Below, piece by piece: positions 1-14,560 of a stretch of DNA of 64,000 nt. Numbering within the stretch: the stretch's first letter is position 1; every line of letters starts with the position of its first letter. This stretch comes from Octopus vulgaris (lineage: Eukaryota). The stretch spans positions 57,722,001-57,786,000 of the forward strand of contig OX597831.1 of NCBI GenBank assembly GCA_951406725.2, in the 5' to 3' direction. Under the pieces are notes generated by a model, which was given only the letters and a program-made list of their open reading frames with translations, searched no databases and had not been told where the DNA came from. The translations under genes were made by a program, and so were the position numbers.

Positions 1-37
1 ACATCAGAAAACCCTTTAATTACATTTTAGCAATGTT

Positions 38-359
38 TTATATATATATATATATATGTGTGTATGTATATATATATTTATGTATATATATATATATATA
101 TAATATATGTATGTACATATATATTTATGTATATATATATATATAATATATGTATGTACATATATATTTATGTATATATATAAAGATATATATATATATA
201 ATATATGTATGTACATATATATTTATGTGTATATATATACATATATAAAGAGATATATTTACATATATAAAGATATATATATGTTCATGTGTGTGTGTGT
301 ATATACATATATGTATATATATAGATGTATGTGTATATATATATATATAGATGTATGTG

Positions 360-392
<33 letters not shown>

Positions 393-493
393 GTATATAT
401 ATACATACACACACTTGTATGTGTATGTATATATATGTATATATATACATACACACACTTGTATGTGTATGTATACACATGCACACACACACT

Positions 494-537
<44 letters not shown>
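38..537. repeat. Compound (TA)n/(TG)n/(CA)n microsatellite
   Basis: Seen directly; similar tracts at about 35460-35610 (with ATT), 44155-44235, 51350-51555, 52440-52610 (TATG), 59375-59620, 61695-61830. Confidence 0.95.
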
Positions 538-539
<2 letters not shown>

Positions 540-3500
540 AAACATCATGGGAAATTGGGTAGGGGTGAGGGTTGATTTGATGAAAGAAGAAGAAAGAAAA
601 GTAAAAGAAATTTTCACTTCACAATATGTCCTCTGAATAGGGCCAAAGTAATTAAGTTTTTAAAAAAATAATAATTAGAAAACCTCAAGACTTTACAAGA
701 TAACAATCATCGTATAATTAATTTAAAAGATTTCAGATCTTACAATTGCTGATGAGAAGGATTATTATTATTATATATTTTTATTTCTTGTCCCTGATTC
801 TCCGGCTGAATCCTGAGAATTAGCAGCAGGAAGGAGATAGCAGTTTGTGTAAATTCACAATTTCCTTGCCAAAATCATCGATGTTATTAATTTCTTTTAA
901 TTTTACTCAAGACAACTTATCCCTCTTCTTCTTTTTTTTTTTCTTGTAATGCCAGTATCTTTATTATCATTATTATTATTATTAAAATGGTAAGTTGACT
1001 CTGATGGGATTTGAAAACACCAACAAGACGAGACATAAAACAACACCCTGTTCAACACACTCACACAATCTATTGCTTTTATGATGTTCTCTACCTTACA
1101 CACAACTCTTTCGATACTGTTAATATCTTCAAGGTTTTTTTCCTTTAAACATATATTTGACTTTGTTAAAAGCTATCTTTTCCATTATAAAATAAGGAAA
1201 TTATAATTTTCTTAGTTTTAGTCTTTTAGTCTTTATCTTTAAAGACTTCCCATTTTTACCATGTTTATTATTAACATCATTCTTAAGGAGGCAAGCTGGC
1301 AGAATTGTTAGCATACCAGGCAAAAATGCTTAACAGTATTTCATCCATCTTCACGTTCTGAGTTCAAATTCCACTGAGGTTGACTTTATCTTTCATCCTT
1401 TCAAGATCAATAAATCAAGTACCAGTGAAATCCTGGGATCGATGTAATCGACTAGTCCCCTTCCCCCTTTCCCCAAATTTCAGGCCTTGTGCCTTTAGTA
1501 GACAGGGTTATTATTTATTATTCTTATTATATATTTTTCCCCTTTCATCTATGCTACTTGCATCAATACCTGTTTATTAGTATTATTGTTCTTGTTGGTA
1601 TCATATTATCACCATTGTTGTGGTGGTTGTTGCTATTAATATCACTACTAATTTTATTCCGCCTGTCTGTGGTTTAAAATAGTATTAATTTCAACTATAT
1701 ACTTCCTGCCCACTTCATTGCATAAGTTATCCTTATACTTAGTTAAAACATACTACTACTGACTAGAATAGTTACAGCATTTAGCAAAATGCTTTCCTAA
1801 AAAATATATATTAGTGACAGGCAAAATTAATACTGAGAGGTAATATATAACCTCACTTAAACATGGGTGCTTTATTAGAGCAAACTATACTGTGATTGAT
1901 ACAGTGAAAGACACTCTCATATTTGCTTTTGGTGCAAAATGCAGTCTTGTTTATATTGCTAGCATTATAAATATGTGCATTTTACCATTATTAATTATAG
2001 TACTTGTGTTCTGAGCTCATATCGTGCCATTAGTCAGCTTTGCCGTTTTATCCTTTCAGGGTTGATAAAATAAAGTACTGGATTTGATTTAATTAACTTA
2101 CAACCAAGATAAGGACACTAGTCCAAATATAACTAACTAACTAACTATAACAGTGTATAATAATAATAATTCCTCAACATAGGTACAAGACTAGAAATTG
2201 TGGCTGACCACGGAAGGACAAAAGGAGAAGTTCAACTCGGGCAGAATTTGAACTCAGAATGTGAAGAGCAAGAGCAAAAACTGCAAAGCATTTTGACCCT
2301 TTTGATACCAATCCACCTGAGGTTGCCCTGATTCTTTGATATAAAGTTCCACTATTAAAAAGTGGTATAAAATAAAACCTTCCTTCAAAATTTCAAATTC
2401 ATTTATGTCCCAAGCAACAGCTTAAGAATGACAAAATTATTTTACTAAACTTTTCATATCTTCATTTCAATGGAAATATGGCAACAGAAGGGTTAATAAT
2501 TCTGCTTATCCACCTCTCTTTATTAGTGTAGATTAATGATAACTTAATCTCAGAAATTCAGATTTAAAAAAAAAACCTTGTTTTATTTGGTTTCTTGCTA
2601 TTTCATTCAGATTGATTTTTTTCTCTCATCCATCTGAGGTTGATAGTCTGTTGTCCAGCATAATGCCACCACTTCGTCCCTGAGTACCTTTATTAGCAAT
2701 CACTCTGTTGCATTCAGACCAGGTCTTTGAAGTTAGGATATCTTCCTCCCAACAACAATGAAATCCCTGAAAAAGGGTTATAAGCACTATATTTCTTCTG
2801 ACTAAATCGTTACAAAAAAATAAATAAATAAATAACAGCAGTTTTCAAGAACTGGGGTCGATACAATTGTTTATATACTTGGAGTTGATGCAGTGCCCTA
2901 GTATGGCCACACTGGAAAAATTCTCTGGTTATCTGTTGCCTCTTGTTTCATTCATTGGACTGAATGCTCCATACTGGGGCATCATTGCTTTGAATGGTTT
3001 AGTTGAACAAATCCACCCTGGTACTTTCTTTAAGTCTAGTACTTATTTTATCATCAGTCTCTTTTGCTGAATTGCTAAGTTATAAAGGACGTAAACAAAC
3101 CAGCACTGATTGTCAAGCAGTGGTGGGAACAAATGCAAAGATACACACATACACATGTGTACATATGTATGTGTGATGAGCTTTCACACAGTTTTTGTCT
3201 GCCAAATTTACTGACAAGGCATTGGTTAACCTAATACTATAGTAGAAGACCTTTGCCCAAGGTGCCATGCAGTGAGGATTTAACCCAAAACCACATGGTC
3301 GCAAAATGAGTTTCTTAGAAAAATAAAAGCATATTTTCACAGCAAAATAAAAAAGAAAAGAAAAAATTAAGAGTAAAATTCTTTATTAGGTTTTATGAAT
3401 TTCAAATTCAGTAATCTTCTGAATTACTCAAACGCATCATTGTACTGTAATGTATAAACAAACATATTGCATGAGTACCAGGGTACCAAGAGTATGAGTG

Positions 3501-3623
3501 CCTGTCATCAAGTTGTGCAAACTTTAGCATTGTAAGATCTTATTTCAGATTTATGTTCTCAAGCCAGATCTTGCTGAAGCATCATATATCCTTTCTTTTC
3601 TTTCAATATAGTCATCATCATCA

Positions 3624-4090
3624 TCATTGTTTGACTGTGGTTGAAACAATGGAATTTACTATGCTACGCCAGACTTCACGGTCCATCATAGCATTACGGA
3701 GGTCCTGTTGCTGGATGCCTGTATCCCTGGAGATTACATCAGGGTAGGAGAGTGTGCGCCCTCTGGTATCGCGAGTAGATGGCTTCCAGAGAAGAAGAGC
3801 AGAAATTACCTCGTTTTCAGCTCTACAACAATGTCCAGCAAACTGGACTCTTCTACCTTTCACAAGAGATGGTACAGGTGGTAGTTTCCCATATATTTGT
3901 ACTTTGGCTGGATGACGCTTCCACGAGAGATTTTGAGCTCTCATAAGGAGGTGAGTGTAAGTTCCATCCAACCGCCTCTCAAGCTTCTTTGATAACGTCC
4001 AGGTTTCTGAGCCATATAGTAGAATTGGTTCGACTGTGGCTTTGAAGATTTTAAGTTTGAAATCTGTACTTAGATTTGATAGTAAAACAT
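3624..4090 (-). mobile_element. LINE 3' fragment (RTE/RTEX-like RT C-terminus)
   Basis: LKIFKATVEPILLYGSETWTL...RRVQFAGHCCR...AMMDREVWR followed by a (GAT)n tail at about 3612-3626. Confidence 0.8.
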
Positions 4091-6913
4091 TGATCAAGTA
4101 CTGATATCACTTCTGTTGACTACATTCCCACTTCAGAATCTGTGAATTTCTGCCAATATTTGAAGTCATAAAGTGGCCAGCCAGCAGAATCATCAGCATG
4201 CCTGGCCAAACAGCACTAAGCATTTTGCATGTTTAAATTCTAACGAGGTCAACTTTGCCTTTCAGCCTTTCGAGGTCAATAAAATAAGTACCAGTTGAAT
4301 ACTGGGGTTGAACTAATTAACTTACCTCCTTCCCCAAAATTGCTGGTCTTATACCACAGTTTGAACCCATTATTATTATTATTATTATTATTACAATGGA
4401 AAGTAGCAAATTGGTTCTCATTAGCACATAAGACAAAATGCCTTGTTATATTTATTTTACTTCATTAATGTTCAAAGTCAAAATCCCACCACAGTCAACT
4501 TTACCTTTCATCATTCCTAGGATTGATAATTTCTGGCCTTGTGCCTATGTAAGTAAAGAGGGTGACAGATCGGCAAAGTTTTTAACGCATCAAACAAATA
4601 TACCTTGTGGTATTTTAGTTATGGTTGTTTATGTTCTGAGTTTAAATCCTAGCAAGGTCAACTTTGCTTTTCATCTTTACGGGATTAATAAAACAAATTA
4701 CCAGCCCAATACTAGTGTCAACACTGTGACATGATCTTTGTCCTTGGGTAGCAGCTGTTGTTTCTTATTTGCTTACCCCTACAAAGTATGAAGAATGGTT
4801 AATATTTCCTTCAAACTTGACTTTTGCCCACTTGTCACCATTTGGACAGCTAGAAATAAACTGGACTGTTCAGCTTACGATCCTTGTATTTATGCTGCCA
4901 TCTGTGTTGCCAGAATGTTCTAGAAATCCTAAAACTTTTAGAAATTTCTAGAAAATTCTGCTTCAGCAACTCTGCACAGAGTTTGCTTGAAATGTAATGG
5001 AAAATAGGTCAGTTTCAAAACATTGATGTCCAGGTCAGTCACAAAAGCAAAGTGTGAAGGGAATAGTAGTCATTTGCTTCGATTTCTAAATACAACCAAA
5101 TAGGAAATAACACTTACTGACCAAAGACAAAAAGATAAAATAAAAATTTTGTTACACAGTGTGCTCTCTTCTCCCAAAAATTTGTGGCCTTGTGCCCTAT
5201 ATTAAAAGATTATTAAGGTTGTGGATTGGCCAGATTATTAGAGCATTAGATAAAATACCAGTTGTTTATATTCTGAGTACACAACCTCATCAGGTCAACT
5301 TTGCCTTTCTGCCTTTCAAGATTGTTAAAGTAATCATGTTTATGTAAAAAAAAAAAAAGAAAAGAAAAGAAAAACAACAAAAAAAAATTTTGTATATCTC
5401 AATTCATTTAAATATCATCTTCACTTCATTAATAAAGTACTCAAGTAAATATACTAATAGAGTAACACAATATTTTTGTAGTAAAGGTGTTTTTATTTTG
5501 GGTTTGCTACTTTGTGTTTTGTTTTTTTGTGAGGGGCGGGGTTCTCATTTAAAATAAAATAATGTTTAGTGTGTTTGTATTCTTATAAGGCGATATTTTT
5601 CTAATAGGTCTACAGTGGTATGAGTACTTGCACCGTATCATTGCTTGTGGTATATGAGATACTTAGAAGATGCCACTGTCTACGTAAGAGTACCAGCGAT
5701 GTACTACTTACCTACAATATTAAAGTATTTGGTTTGCTAAGCATTGCTTTCTTGTATCAGTAGTTTATCAGAAAAAGAATGGATTGGCTTAAGTTAACAT
5801 TTTTGTACCTTAGTTAAGAATGTTGGTCAACATGTATCTAATATCCTATATTTTTTTGCCTTACCTCTCTCTCTATCACTCATACAAACAAATAGTACTC
5901 TTTGTATTACAATCACTATTCCTGAGTACATATTAAACAAAAAAAATATAATTAAAATTTGGTGAAAAGTCACATTGATGACGAGAGAACCCATCACTCT
6001 TTTGAAGCCTCCTTCCTTGCCAGGTGATAGATTCATCATTATCTTTATTTGGGAAGTTGCTGGGAATGAGTATACATTTACCAAATATTTTCTTAGGGGT
6101 ACTGAGGTGGGGGTGGGTTAGGGTCTCATTTTCTTGTTTATTTTTCTTTGATTTTTATAAAAAAAAAATTTGTTGGTCTTTTCGCTTCAGTCACTTTTTT
6201 TTTTGTATTTTCGTTTTCACATTATTTATGATATTTTTAATTTCTTTCTTTTTTTTTTTTTTGTTTCTCTCTCATGAAACTGTTTTTGAGTGTTGCTGTA
6301 AATTGCTGTGAATAATTCTGTTGATATTATTTAAAGTGGGGAAGAAAAAAAAAAAGGCAAAACCAGAAACCCTTTTAGGTACAGTTCATCGTTGAGAGCA
6401 ACGAGAACAACCATAGTTCACAAGTGTTTTCATTAGGTTGCAGTGGTGCAGTTTGTAAGTTCAAAGAGTTCAAATCTTCCCATGGACCTAAAGAAGACAA
6501 CAGAGAAACAATTCTGTGTACTATTCTTCTTTAGTGCATTACTTACTACACAACGGTATTCCAATAAAGTCATGGGAAATTAAGTCTGATGTAAACTAAA
6601 CTCTTGCAGATCTGAAAGTATTGGTTGATAATGAGGAGGCAGAGGAAATGGTTTCAATTTTTTTTTTATCTCATGAAAGCTTTGCTTTGCAAAAACAAAT
6701 ATTTCAAGTTCACTTTTTTTACATAGCCATTTCTATTTTTTTCTTTCTTTCTTATGCTTAATTTTTATATTAATTTTATATTTTGTTTAATATTTTGCTT
6801 TCCCTCCCACATCTGAAAATAGAAATCCCTTCAATTTAAAAAAAAAAATCGAACAAGCACACAAAAGAAATCAAGTTAAGAAAAATTGATATACAGTTAT
6901 ATTTTTAATCTAA

Positions 6914-6944
<31 letters not shown>

Positions 6945-8714
6945 TAAAAATACATATAAAAGTTACTAAAAAAGTAAACATCATGATAGATTTTTCTTTT
7001 TTTTTTTTTTGTCATACTTTCCCTTCTTTCTCTCACTTCCATAATTGCAAATATATATATAAAAAAAAAACCCCTCAATTCTTTGGCCCTGCTCATGACA
7101 GCCACAAATTCTACCATTCTGTATAGAGAGACTATCATTTAGTACACAATTTTACAATGTACATAGTAAAATATATGGAGTTTTTTGTTTGTTGTTTTTC
7201 CTCCCTTGTAAAATGAGTCATTTGCTTGAGAAAACACTCAGTAATATTTTTTTCGTCCTTAAAGACTACCCATTGTTTGAATTACATTAAACTATATATA
7301 CAAATCTTGAGTTGGTGTTTCATTATTTATTGTAATACAGGTACAACACTGGACTCTCCAGACACTGAAGATCCGGAACCTTTTATAATCCATCCTAATT
7401 TACAAGCAAGAGATTCAAATTCTTGCTGTCACAAGACTAGTTTACCGGTACCTTGCACAGTCCAGTATTAATAAACTTTTATCATTTATGCTAATGTGCA
7501 GCAGGTGCTTGTATTTCATTTAACTATTTAGATAAATTTAATATTTCTTTAATTTAGGGTGGCATGCTGGCAGAATTGTTAGCACGCCGGGCAAAATGAT
7601 TAGCAGCATTTCATCCATCTCATTCTGAGTTCAAATTGTACTGAGGTTGGCTTTGTCTTTCATCCTTTTGGTGTCAATAAAACAAGTACCAGTTGAGCAC
7701 TGGGGTCAGTGTAATCGATTTACACCTACCCTCGAAGTTGCTGGCCTTGTGCAAAATTTGAAGACGATATTTGTTTAATTTAGAGTGTACTGACCACCCT
7801 TGGCTCAGTAGGGTAGCAAGCTGACAAAAATCATTAAAACGCTGAGCAAATTGCTTAGTAGCATTTCGTCCATCTTTACATTCTGAGTTCAAATTCCGCT
7901 GAGGTTGACTTTGCCTTTCATCCCTTTCAGGGTCGATGTAATTGACTCGTCCTATCTCCCAAAATTGCTGGCCTTGTGCCAAAATTTGAAACCAGTATAA
8001 TATAGTGTGTCGACAAAGGTGACCTCCCTTGTTTCTGGTTTAAAAAAAAAAAAAATCTGTAAAGGCTATGGAACTAAAGGTTTTGGAATTCAATGTTGTA
8101 CCTGAATATGTAATTATTGTTTCCTTCCTTCCTTCCTTTATATATTTAGATTCTGAGTATTCTGTTAAATGTAATACTTATTTTCTCTTATGCTTTCTTT
8201 TACTTGTTTCAGTCACTAGACTGGCTGTGCTGGGGGCACTGCCTTGAATTTTTAGTCAAATGAATTGAGCCCTGTAGTTGTTTTTTTTTTTTCCTTTTTG
8301 TGAGAAGTGGTACGTATTTTATAGGTCCCTTTTGCTGAACTGCTAAGTTATGGGGGACACAAACACACCAACACCAGTTGTCAAGTGGAAACAAATAGAT
8401 ACATATAGAATGGGCTTCTTTCAGTTTCCATCAACCAGATCCACTCAGAAGGCTTTGGTCAGCCTGAGGTTATAGAAGAAGACACTTGCCCAAGTTGCCA
8501 GGCAGTAGGATTGATCCCAGAATCATGTGGTTGGGAAGAAAACCTCTGAGATTTCAGTGATGTGATTGTATATCGTCATAATCTGGCCAGTTTGAACAAA
8601 AACCAGGTAAAATATTTGGGCTGGATTAAATGCTAAAGGGTTAAATGTACAAGAATTTCTATAACTTATGCAGGGCCTCCCAGAGGGGTCCATTTGGTAT
8701 GGCTAATTACTGGT

Positions 8715-9240
8715 ACTCCATCAGTTATAACAACGAGCGTTCCAGTTGATCTGATCAATGGAACAGCTTGCTCATGAAATTAATGTGCAAGTGGCTGAGT
8801 GCTCCACAAACATCTGTGCCCTTAACATATTTCTCAGAGATTCAGCATGACAAGGCTGACCCTTTGAAATACAAGTACAACTCATTTTTTGCCAGTTGAC
8901 TGGACTGCAGCAACATGAAATAAAGTGTCTTGCTCAAGGACTCAATGTGCTGCTGGTAAATTGATCTCATGACCTTGCGATTGTGAGCCAAAAACTCAAA
9001 CCACTAAGCCATGCACCTTCACGGCATGGCTAATACATGTGTGATTCCCCCTTTGGTCTTGAATAACCATGGGATTTCACCTAGAAAGTTACCCTCCAAA
9101 GCACAAGTCTGGGCAAGGTTGTTTATGGAAGATGAGCAGTCGCCCATGCATACCAGCCCCACCTCTCCATGTCACTGATGTCATCCAAGGGAAAGGCAAA
9201 GGCTGATACAGCTTAGCACCAGTGACGTTGCAGCTCATTT
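8715..9240 (-). mobile_element. SINE family D cluster (tRNA-like head plus GTCCTTGAGCAAGACACTT central block)
   Basis: Shares CTAGAAAGTTACCCTCC...GGAAAGGCAAAGGC and AACTCATTTTT...ATAAAGTGTCTT blocks with 29390-29715. Confidence 0.7.
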
Positions 9241-9696
9241 ATTAAAGTGCAAGTGGCTGAGCATTTCACAGACATGTGTACCCTTAACGTAGTTCTCAGG
9301 AAGATTCAGTGTGACAAGGCTGGCCCTTTGAAATACAGGTACAACAGAAACAGGAAGAGTGAGAGGAAGTTGTGGTGAAAGAGTACAGCAGGGTTTACCA
9401 CCACCCCCTGCCAGAGCCTCGTGGAACTTAGGTGTTTTTGCTCAATAAACACAATGCCTGGTCTGGGAATTGAAACCATGATCTTACGACCGCGAGTCCG
9501 CTGCCCTAACCACTAGGCCATTGCGCCTCCACACGGCATGGCTAATATCCAACCAGAATATATGGAATGTCTGCAAGACAAAATGTAAGGTGGGAAAAAG
9601 GCAGTCGGGTATTAATGTTTATACTAAGTTATCCTAGGACAAAATCATATATGTTGAATCTACCATCCTCAAACTATGGGCTACTCATTAATTGTA

Positions 9697-10224
9697 TTGG
9701 GTTGTCCGGAAAGTTTGTACCGATTTTTAAAGGAAAGAAAATGGTCAATAAATAGTTGCTGCCCAATACATCTCCATCTTTCCTTTAACTTGAAAATACC
9801 CTCTTCCAAGAATTGAGGTGGTTTCATGGCAAAGAATCCACCAAGGTATCATTTTACGTCACCCAAGGAATTGAAATTTTTACAATTAAGACTATTCTGC
9901 AGAGACCTGAATGAGTGGAAATCCGAAGGAGCAATATCTGGTGAATATGGAGGGTGGGGTAACACATCCCAGCTGAGCTGCAGCAATTTTTGTCTGGTTC
10001 CCAAAGCATCAAGTGCGGAAAATGAATTTTGTTATCTTTCATTTTAAAGGATTACAGAATTAACACTGGTTATAGGAACATAAACCTTCTTCCATGAAAA
10101 GATAGCTTAAACTGTACTCTAAATGGAGGTGTAGTCAAATCCTATTTTATGGACTCGACCATGTTCTAAAATAAGTCGAAAGGTAAGCTACTATAAATCT
10201 GCACGAACTTTCCGGACAACCCAA
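9697..10224 (-). mobile_element. Internally deleted mariner (Tc1/mariner) element
   Basis: TIRs TTGGGTTGTCCGGAAAGTT / AACTTTCCGGACAACCCAA, both flanked by TA; the minus strand retains WDVLPHPPYSPDIAPSDFHSFRSLQNSL (mariner YSPDxAPSD motif). Confidence 0.9.
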
Positions 10225-10964
10225 TAGTTAAGTTTCTACTTGTTGGACATTATAATGTGTGTAGTACCTAAAATAAGAAATAGATGCATGGAATTCAAGG
10301 TTCTGTTATTCCTGATGGCAGCATAGGATTTATTTCTGTATGAAAAGGAAATTGTATAAACTAAACATAAAATTACATGATAGTGAAGTAAGGTTGAGTA
10401 TAGACAGACTGGAGATAATCTGCACAGAATGGAGAATGAGTCTAGTAATGATCTGTTGTTGCACAAGTAATAGGTGATGTTTGCAAGGGAGACAATCGTG
10501 AGCATAGATGTCATTCAAATCTATTACAACTATGTTATGCATGCATTTATATACACGTTACTGAGACTAAGTTGATTTCACTGATTTCAGCATTCTACTT
10601 GTCAACACATCTGTCTGTCTCCATCTTTCTCTCTCTCTCATATAATACATATATATATTTAGATTCAAATGAATATGGTACCGGAATTTTGTATGGTGTT
10701 ATCCATATAAATCCATGGGGTGATTATAATCAAAATAAGCAATAAGAATATCTTCGGTAATTTGGTACGATCGTTTGGCGCTACATCATTTTATTAAACA
10801 TTGTAAGTATTACAACAGTTTTAAAATGTTGAGCAATCATCAGCCATTTATAGAGGTTTTCCTTTAATAAATTACCGAAGATATTCTTGTTGCTTATTTT
10901 GAGTATATATATATATATATATAATGTTTGTTTTCATGTTCAATTATAATTAAAACAATTTTAA

Positions 10965-11300
10965 ATTAATCTGATGGGTTACTCTTTACTGTGGATGACC
11001 TGAAGATTTATACTACAATAACATTTTTGACTGACATAGAAATGGAATTTGGCCAAAAGAACTGTTCATATTTGATTATTGAATGATCAAAAACCTGTGC
11101 ATCAACAGTCCCATGATCTTTCCTGTTCCACACAAAGAATGCTACTAATACCTAGGCATTGATGGAAAAATATACAAAGGTGTTCTGAATAAAGATAGAG
11201 TGAACCAAGAAAATTATATCACGTTTATAAAAATATGGTAGTCAGAACTCATCTCTTACAAGACAATATCCTACGATGCATTTGCAGTACCAGTGCTGAT
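10965..11300 (+). mobile_element. Degenerate R4/Dong-type LINE RT fragment
   Basis: Frameshifted motifs VDDLKIY, TDIEMEFGQKNC, YLGI, IW*SELISYKTISYDAFAVPVL. Confidence 0.65.
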
Positions 11301-11334
11301 TTGTAGAGGGAATCTGTTCCATGGACATTACTGT

Positions 11335-11533
11335 CTTTTACTTGTTTCAGTCATGTGACTGTGGCCATGTTGGAGCACCACCTTTAGTTGAGCAAATCGA
11401 CCCCAGGACTTATTCTTTGTAAGCCTAGTACTTATTCTATTGGTCTCTTTTGCCAAACTGCTAAGTTATGGGGATGTAAATACACCAGCATCGGTTGTCA
11501 AGTGATGTTGTGGGTACAAACACAGACGTACAA

Positions 11534-11582
<49 letters not shown>

Positions 11583-12027
11583 TACGATGGGCTTCTTTCA
11601 GTTTCCATCTACCAAATCCACTCACAAGGCTTTGGTTGGCCTGAGGCTGTAGAAGAAGACACTTGCCCTGCTGGAGCACCACCTTTAGTCTAGCAAATCG
11701 ACCCCAAGACTTATTCTTTGTAAGCCTAGTACTTATTTTATTGGTCTCTTTTGCCAAACTGCTAAGTTATGGGGACGTAAACACACCAGCATCGGTTGTC
11801 AAGTGATGTTGCGGGTACAAACACAGACACACAAACATATACACACACATATATATGTATATACATACGACGGGCTTCTTTCAGTTTCCGTCTACCAAAT
11901 CCACTCACAAGGCTTTGGTTGGCCTGAGGCTATAGAAGAAGACACTTGCCCAAGGTGTCAAGCAGTGGGACTGAACCCGGAACCATGTGGTTTGCAAGCA
12001 AGCTACTTACCACACAGTCACTCCTAT
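11335..12027 (-). mobile_element. SINE family A, two partial/tandem copies
   Basis: TGGAGCACCACCTTTAGT...GAAGACACTTGCCC repeated twice; head ends near 12027. Confidence 0.85.
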
Positions 12028-12679
12028 GTCGAAGCATTAGAGTACAAATCTATTATTCTTAACCCTTTAGCATTTAAACCGGCCATATCCGGCCAAAAGT
12101 ATTCTGCTTGTTTTATGTTCAAACTGGCTAGATCTGGTCTCTCACACCAACCCTACAATATCGTTTTAAAAATCAACAGCTACCTCATCAAAATCTCATA
12201 GCTACAAGATAATGCATGCTTAGTTCAAAACAATTTTGATAAAAAAGGATTAATTTTGACAGAATAATGCGAACACTAAAGGGTTAAACAAGAATGTTAT
12301 TGATAGTGACTTTGAAGTTTTGGTCAACAAAGCCATCATGGAACTTTGATGCAATGGAGTTAGTCTTGGTTTTATGTAGTCTTTGTTGAGTTTATATCTT
12401 CCTTGGATATGTAGGTTTGAGTAAAGTGGTGATTAGGTTGTAGAATGGGTTATGATAGAGGTGTTTTGGGGAAGTTTTTATTAATTAAATCTGGTGTTAT
12501 GTTGTTATTGAGAATTTATTCATGTATGAAGAACTTTGCAAGTAGGTGTGTATTTACCATTCCACTCAAGTAAGATTTTAACTCAACAGAGATTAAATAA
12601 AACCAAGATTAACTTCAGTTCATTGCAATCTGACGATGGCTTAACTTGTTGTAACTTTGAACTTACTGTCAATAACATT

Positions 12680-13085
12680 AGGCATAGGAGTGGGTGTGTG
12701 GTAAGTAGCTTGCTTACCAACCACATGGTTCCGGGTTCTGTCCCACTGCGTGGCACCTTGGGCAAGTGTCTTCTACAATAGCCTCGGGCTGACCAAAGCC
12801 TTGTGAGTGGATTTGGTACACAGAAACTGAAAGAAGCCCATCGTATGTATATACATATATATATATATGTGTGTGTGTGTGTGTTTGTCCCCCCCAACAT
12901 CGATTGACAACTGATGCTGGTGTGTTTACGTCGCCGTAACTTAGCCGTTCAGCAAAAGAGACCGAAAGAATAAGTACTAGGCTTACAAAGAATAAGTCCT
13001 GGGGTCGATTTGCTAGACTAAAGGCGGTGCTCCAGCATGGCTGCAGTCAAATGACTGAAACAAGTAAAAGAGCAAAGAGTAAGAG
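12680..13085 (+). mobile_element. SINE family A (tRNA-derived head, internal (TA/TG)n, AAGAGTA tail; octopus OK/OR-like)
   Basis: Head GGCATAGGAGTGGGTGTGTGGTAAGTAGCTTGC...GGTTCTGTCCC (A/B-box-like), then CCTTGGGCAAG, a microsatellite and a (AAGAGTA)n tail. Confidence 0.85.
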
Positions 13086-14560
13086 TAATAATATTTAATC
13101 ATAAAAATATAATAGGATTTTTAAACATCAAATGTCTAAGAGGGTCTATCCAAATAAAATAGGGATCAAAAGGGGTCCACAGGTAAAAAAAAACAGTTGA
13201 GAAACACTGTGCTAAGTGATGAAAGACTAAAGCATAAAACAAATGGATAGAACAAGTTTATTACTGTAGAGGAGATACCTAGCCTCTCATATACAAAATG
13301 ATGGTGATGAGGTGTCATGGTGGGCCCAGGGGACAGAAGAATAAGAAAGATGGATTGATAGAGCTTGCAAGAGTGTATGGGAAGAGCAAAGGATGGTTAC
13401 TGATGGGGTAAGACTGAACAAGGAGAAATATACTGAATGCTGAACAGGCCTACTTCTCTCTGAAACATCTTTCTAGGCCATATGTTCTCCGTCTTCTAAT
13501 CTGTAATATTTTAGAAACTGAATATTAATCAGGCTAATGTCATAGTGTTACACTTAACAACGCCTCTTATTAACATATCTTCAGTCAGTGTTCTAATGTC
13601 AGAATACAGTACAGTGCCACTGACATGTTAACCCATGACCCTTCTATATCTTTAATATATGGATTTTTCTGAATATAAATTTATGTCAGCATGAACAAGC
13701 TAACAATAGCAATAACAATAGATGTGTCAAATAAAATTTAAAGGTCTGTTGTCAGTATCATTGCATTCTGAAACAAAGTACATTTATTTCAGTGAATCTG
13801 CTTGGAAATCTTAGATATAAATGTCTAAGTTTACAGTCCTGCCAAAGTCAAAATCCATAGAGCCAATGAAGCTGCCTCTACATAGTTGCTCCACTTGCTA
13901 AAAGTAGCAGCCAAGCCTTCAAATTGCATCCTAAAAGGACACATTGGATAATACAGAGACACTTCTTAACAAAAAAATAAAAAAATAAAACTGGGAGTCT
14001 TACCTGGAATTAACTCTAATAAAAGGTCTGCTAGATCAGTATTGATTTAAGGCTAAAATAATGATCATATGAAGTCAATAGAAATAGCAGTCAAATCTAC
14101 CTCAAATCACACCCAGCTATCGTTATTATCATTATGATCATCTTCATCATTTAACGCCCATTTTCCAAACTGGCATGGGTTGGATGGTTTGACTGGAGCT
14201 GGTAAAGCTGGGGACCACACCAGGTTCCATTGTGTTTAAAATTGGTGGGGCACATTGTGCTAAGTAACCCTGAAAACCCTGTATCTGGATACAAATAAGG
14301 GGTGGTCATAGCTGAAACATTTTTGATCTAAAAGAAGACAACCATAAAGATATATGATGTTTAACCCTGAGTCTGCTGAGATCAAATAAATAGATCTGTG
14401 ATTGAAGATATTCCAGGCATGACCATCTCCTCACTTTTGTATACCCAAGACCACTGGCTAAGGGACAAAATTTGCTTGGGGGTGCAAACCCAGGTCCAAA
14501 ATATTTTACAGACAAGGACTTTTTTTTAATATTTTTGTTCATTGTTCATTGAGAAGAAAT

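Noticed and set aside
16-575. Overlapping YI/HT/CV-rich ORFs here and at 41169-42192, 52401-52658, 59271-59767
   Set aside because: Translations of (TA)n/(CA)n/(TATG)n microsatellites, open in many frames on both strands
11388-12201. Recurrent ORFs such as DGLLSVSVYQIHSQGFG and ASFSFRLPNPLTRLWSARGYSRRHLPKVP
   Set aside because: Chance translations of SINE family A repeated across the window, not a gene family
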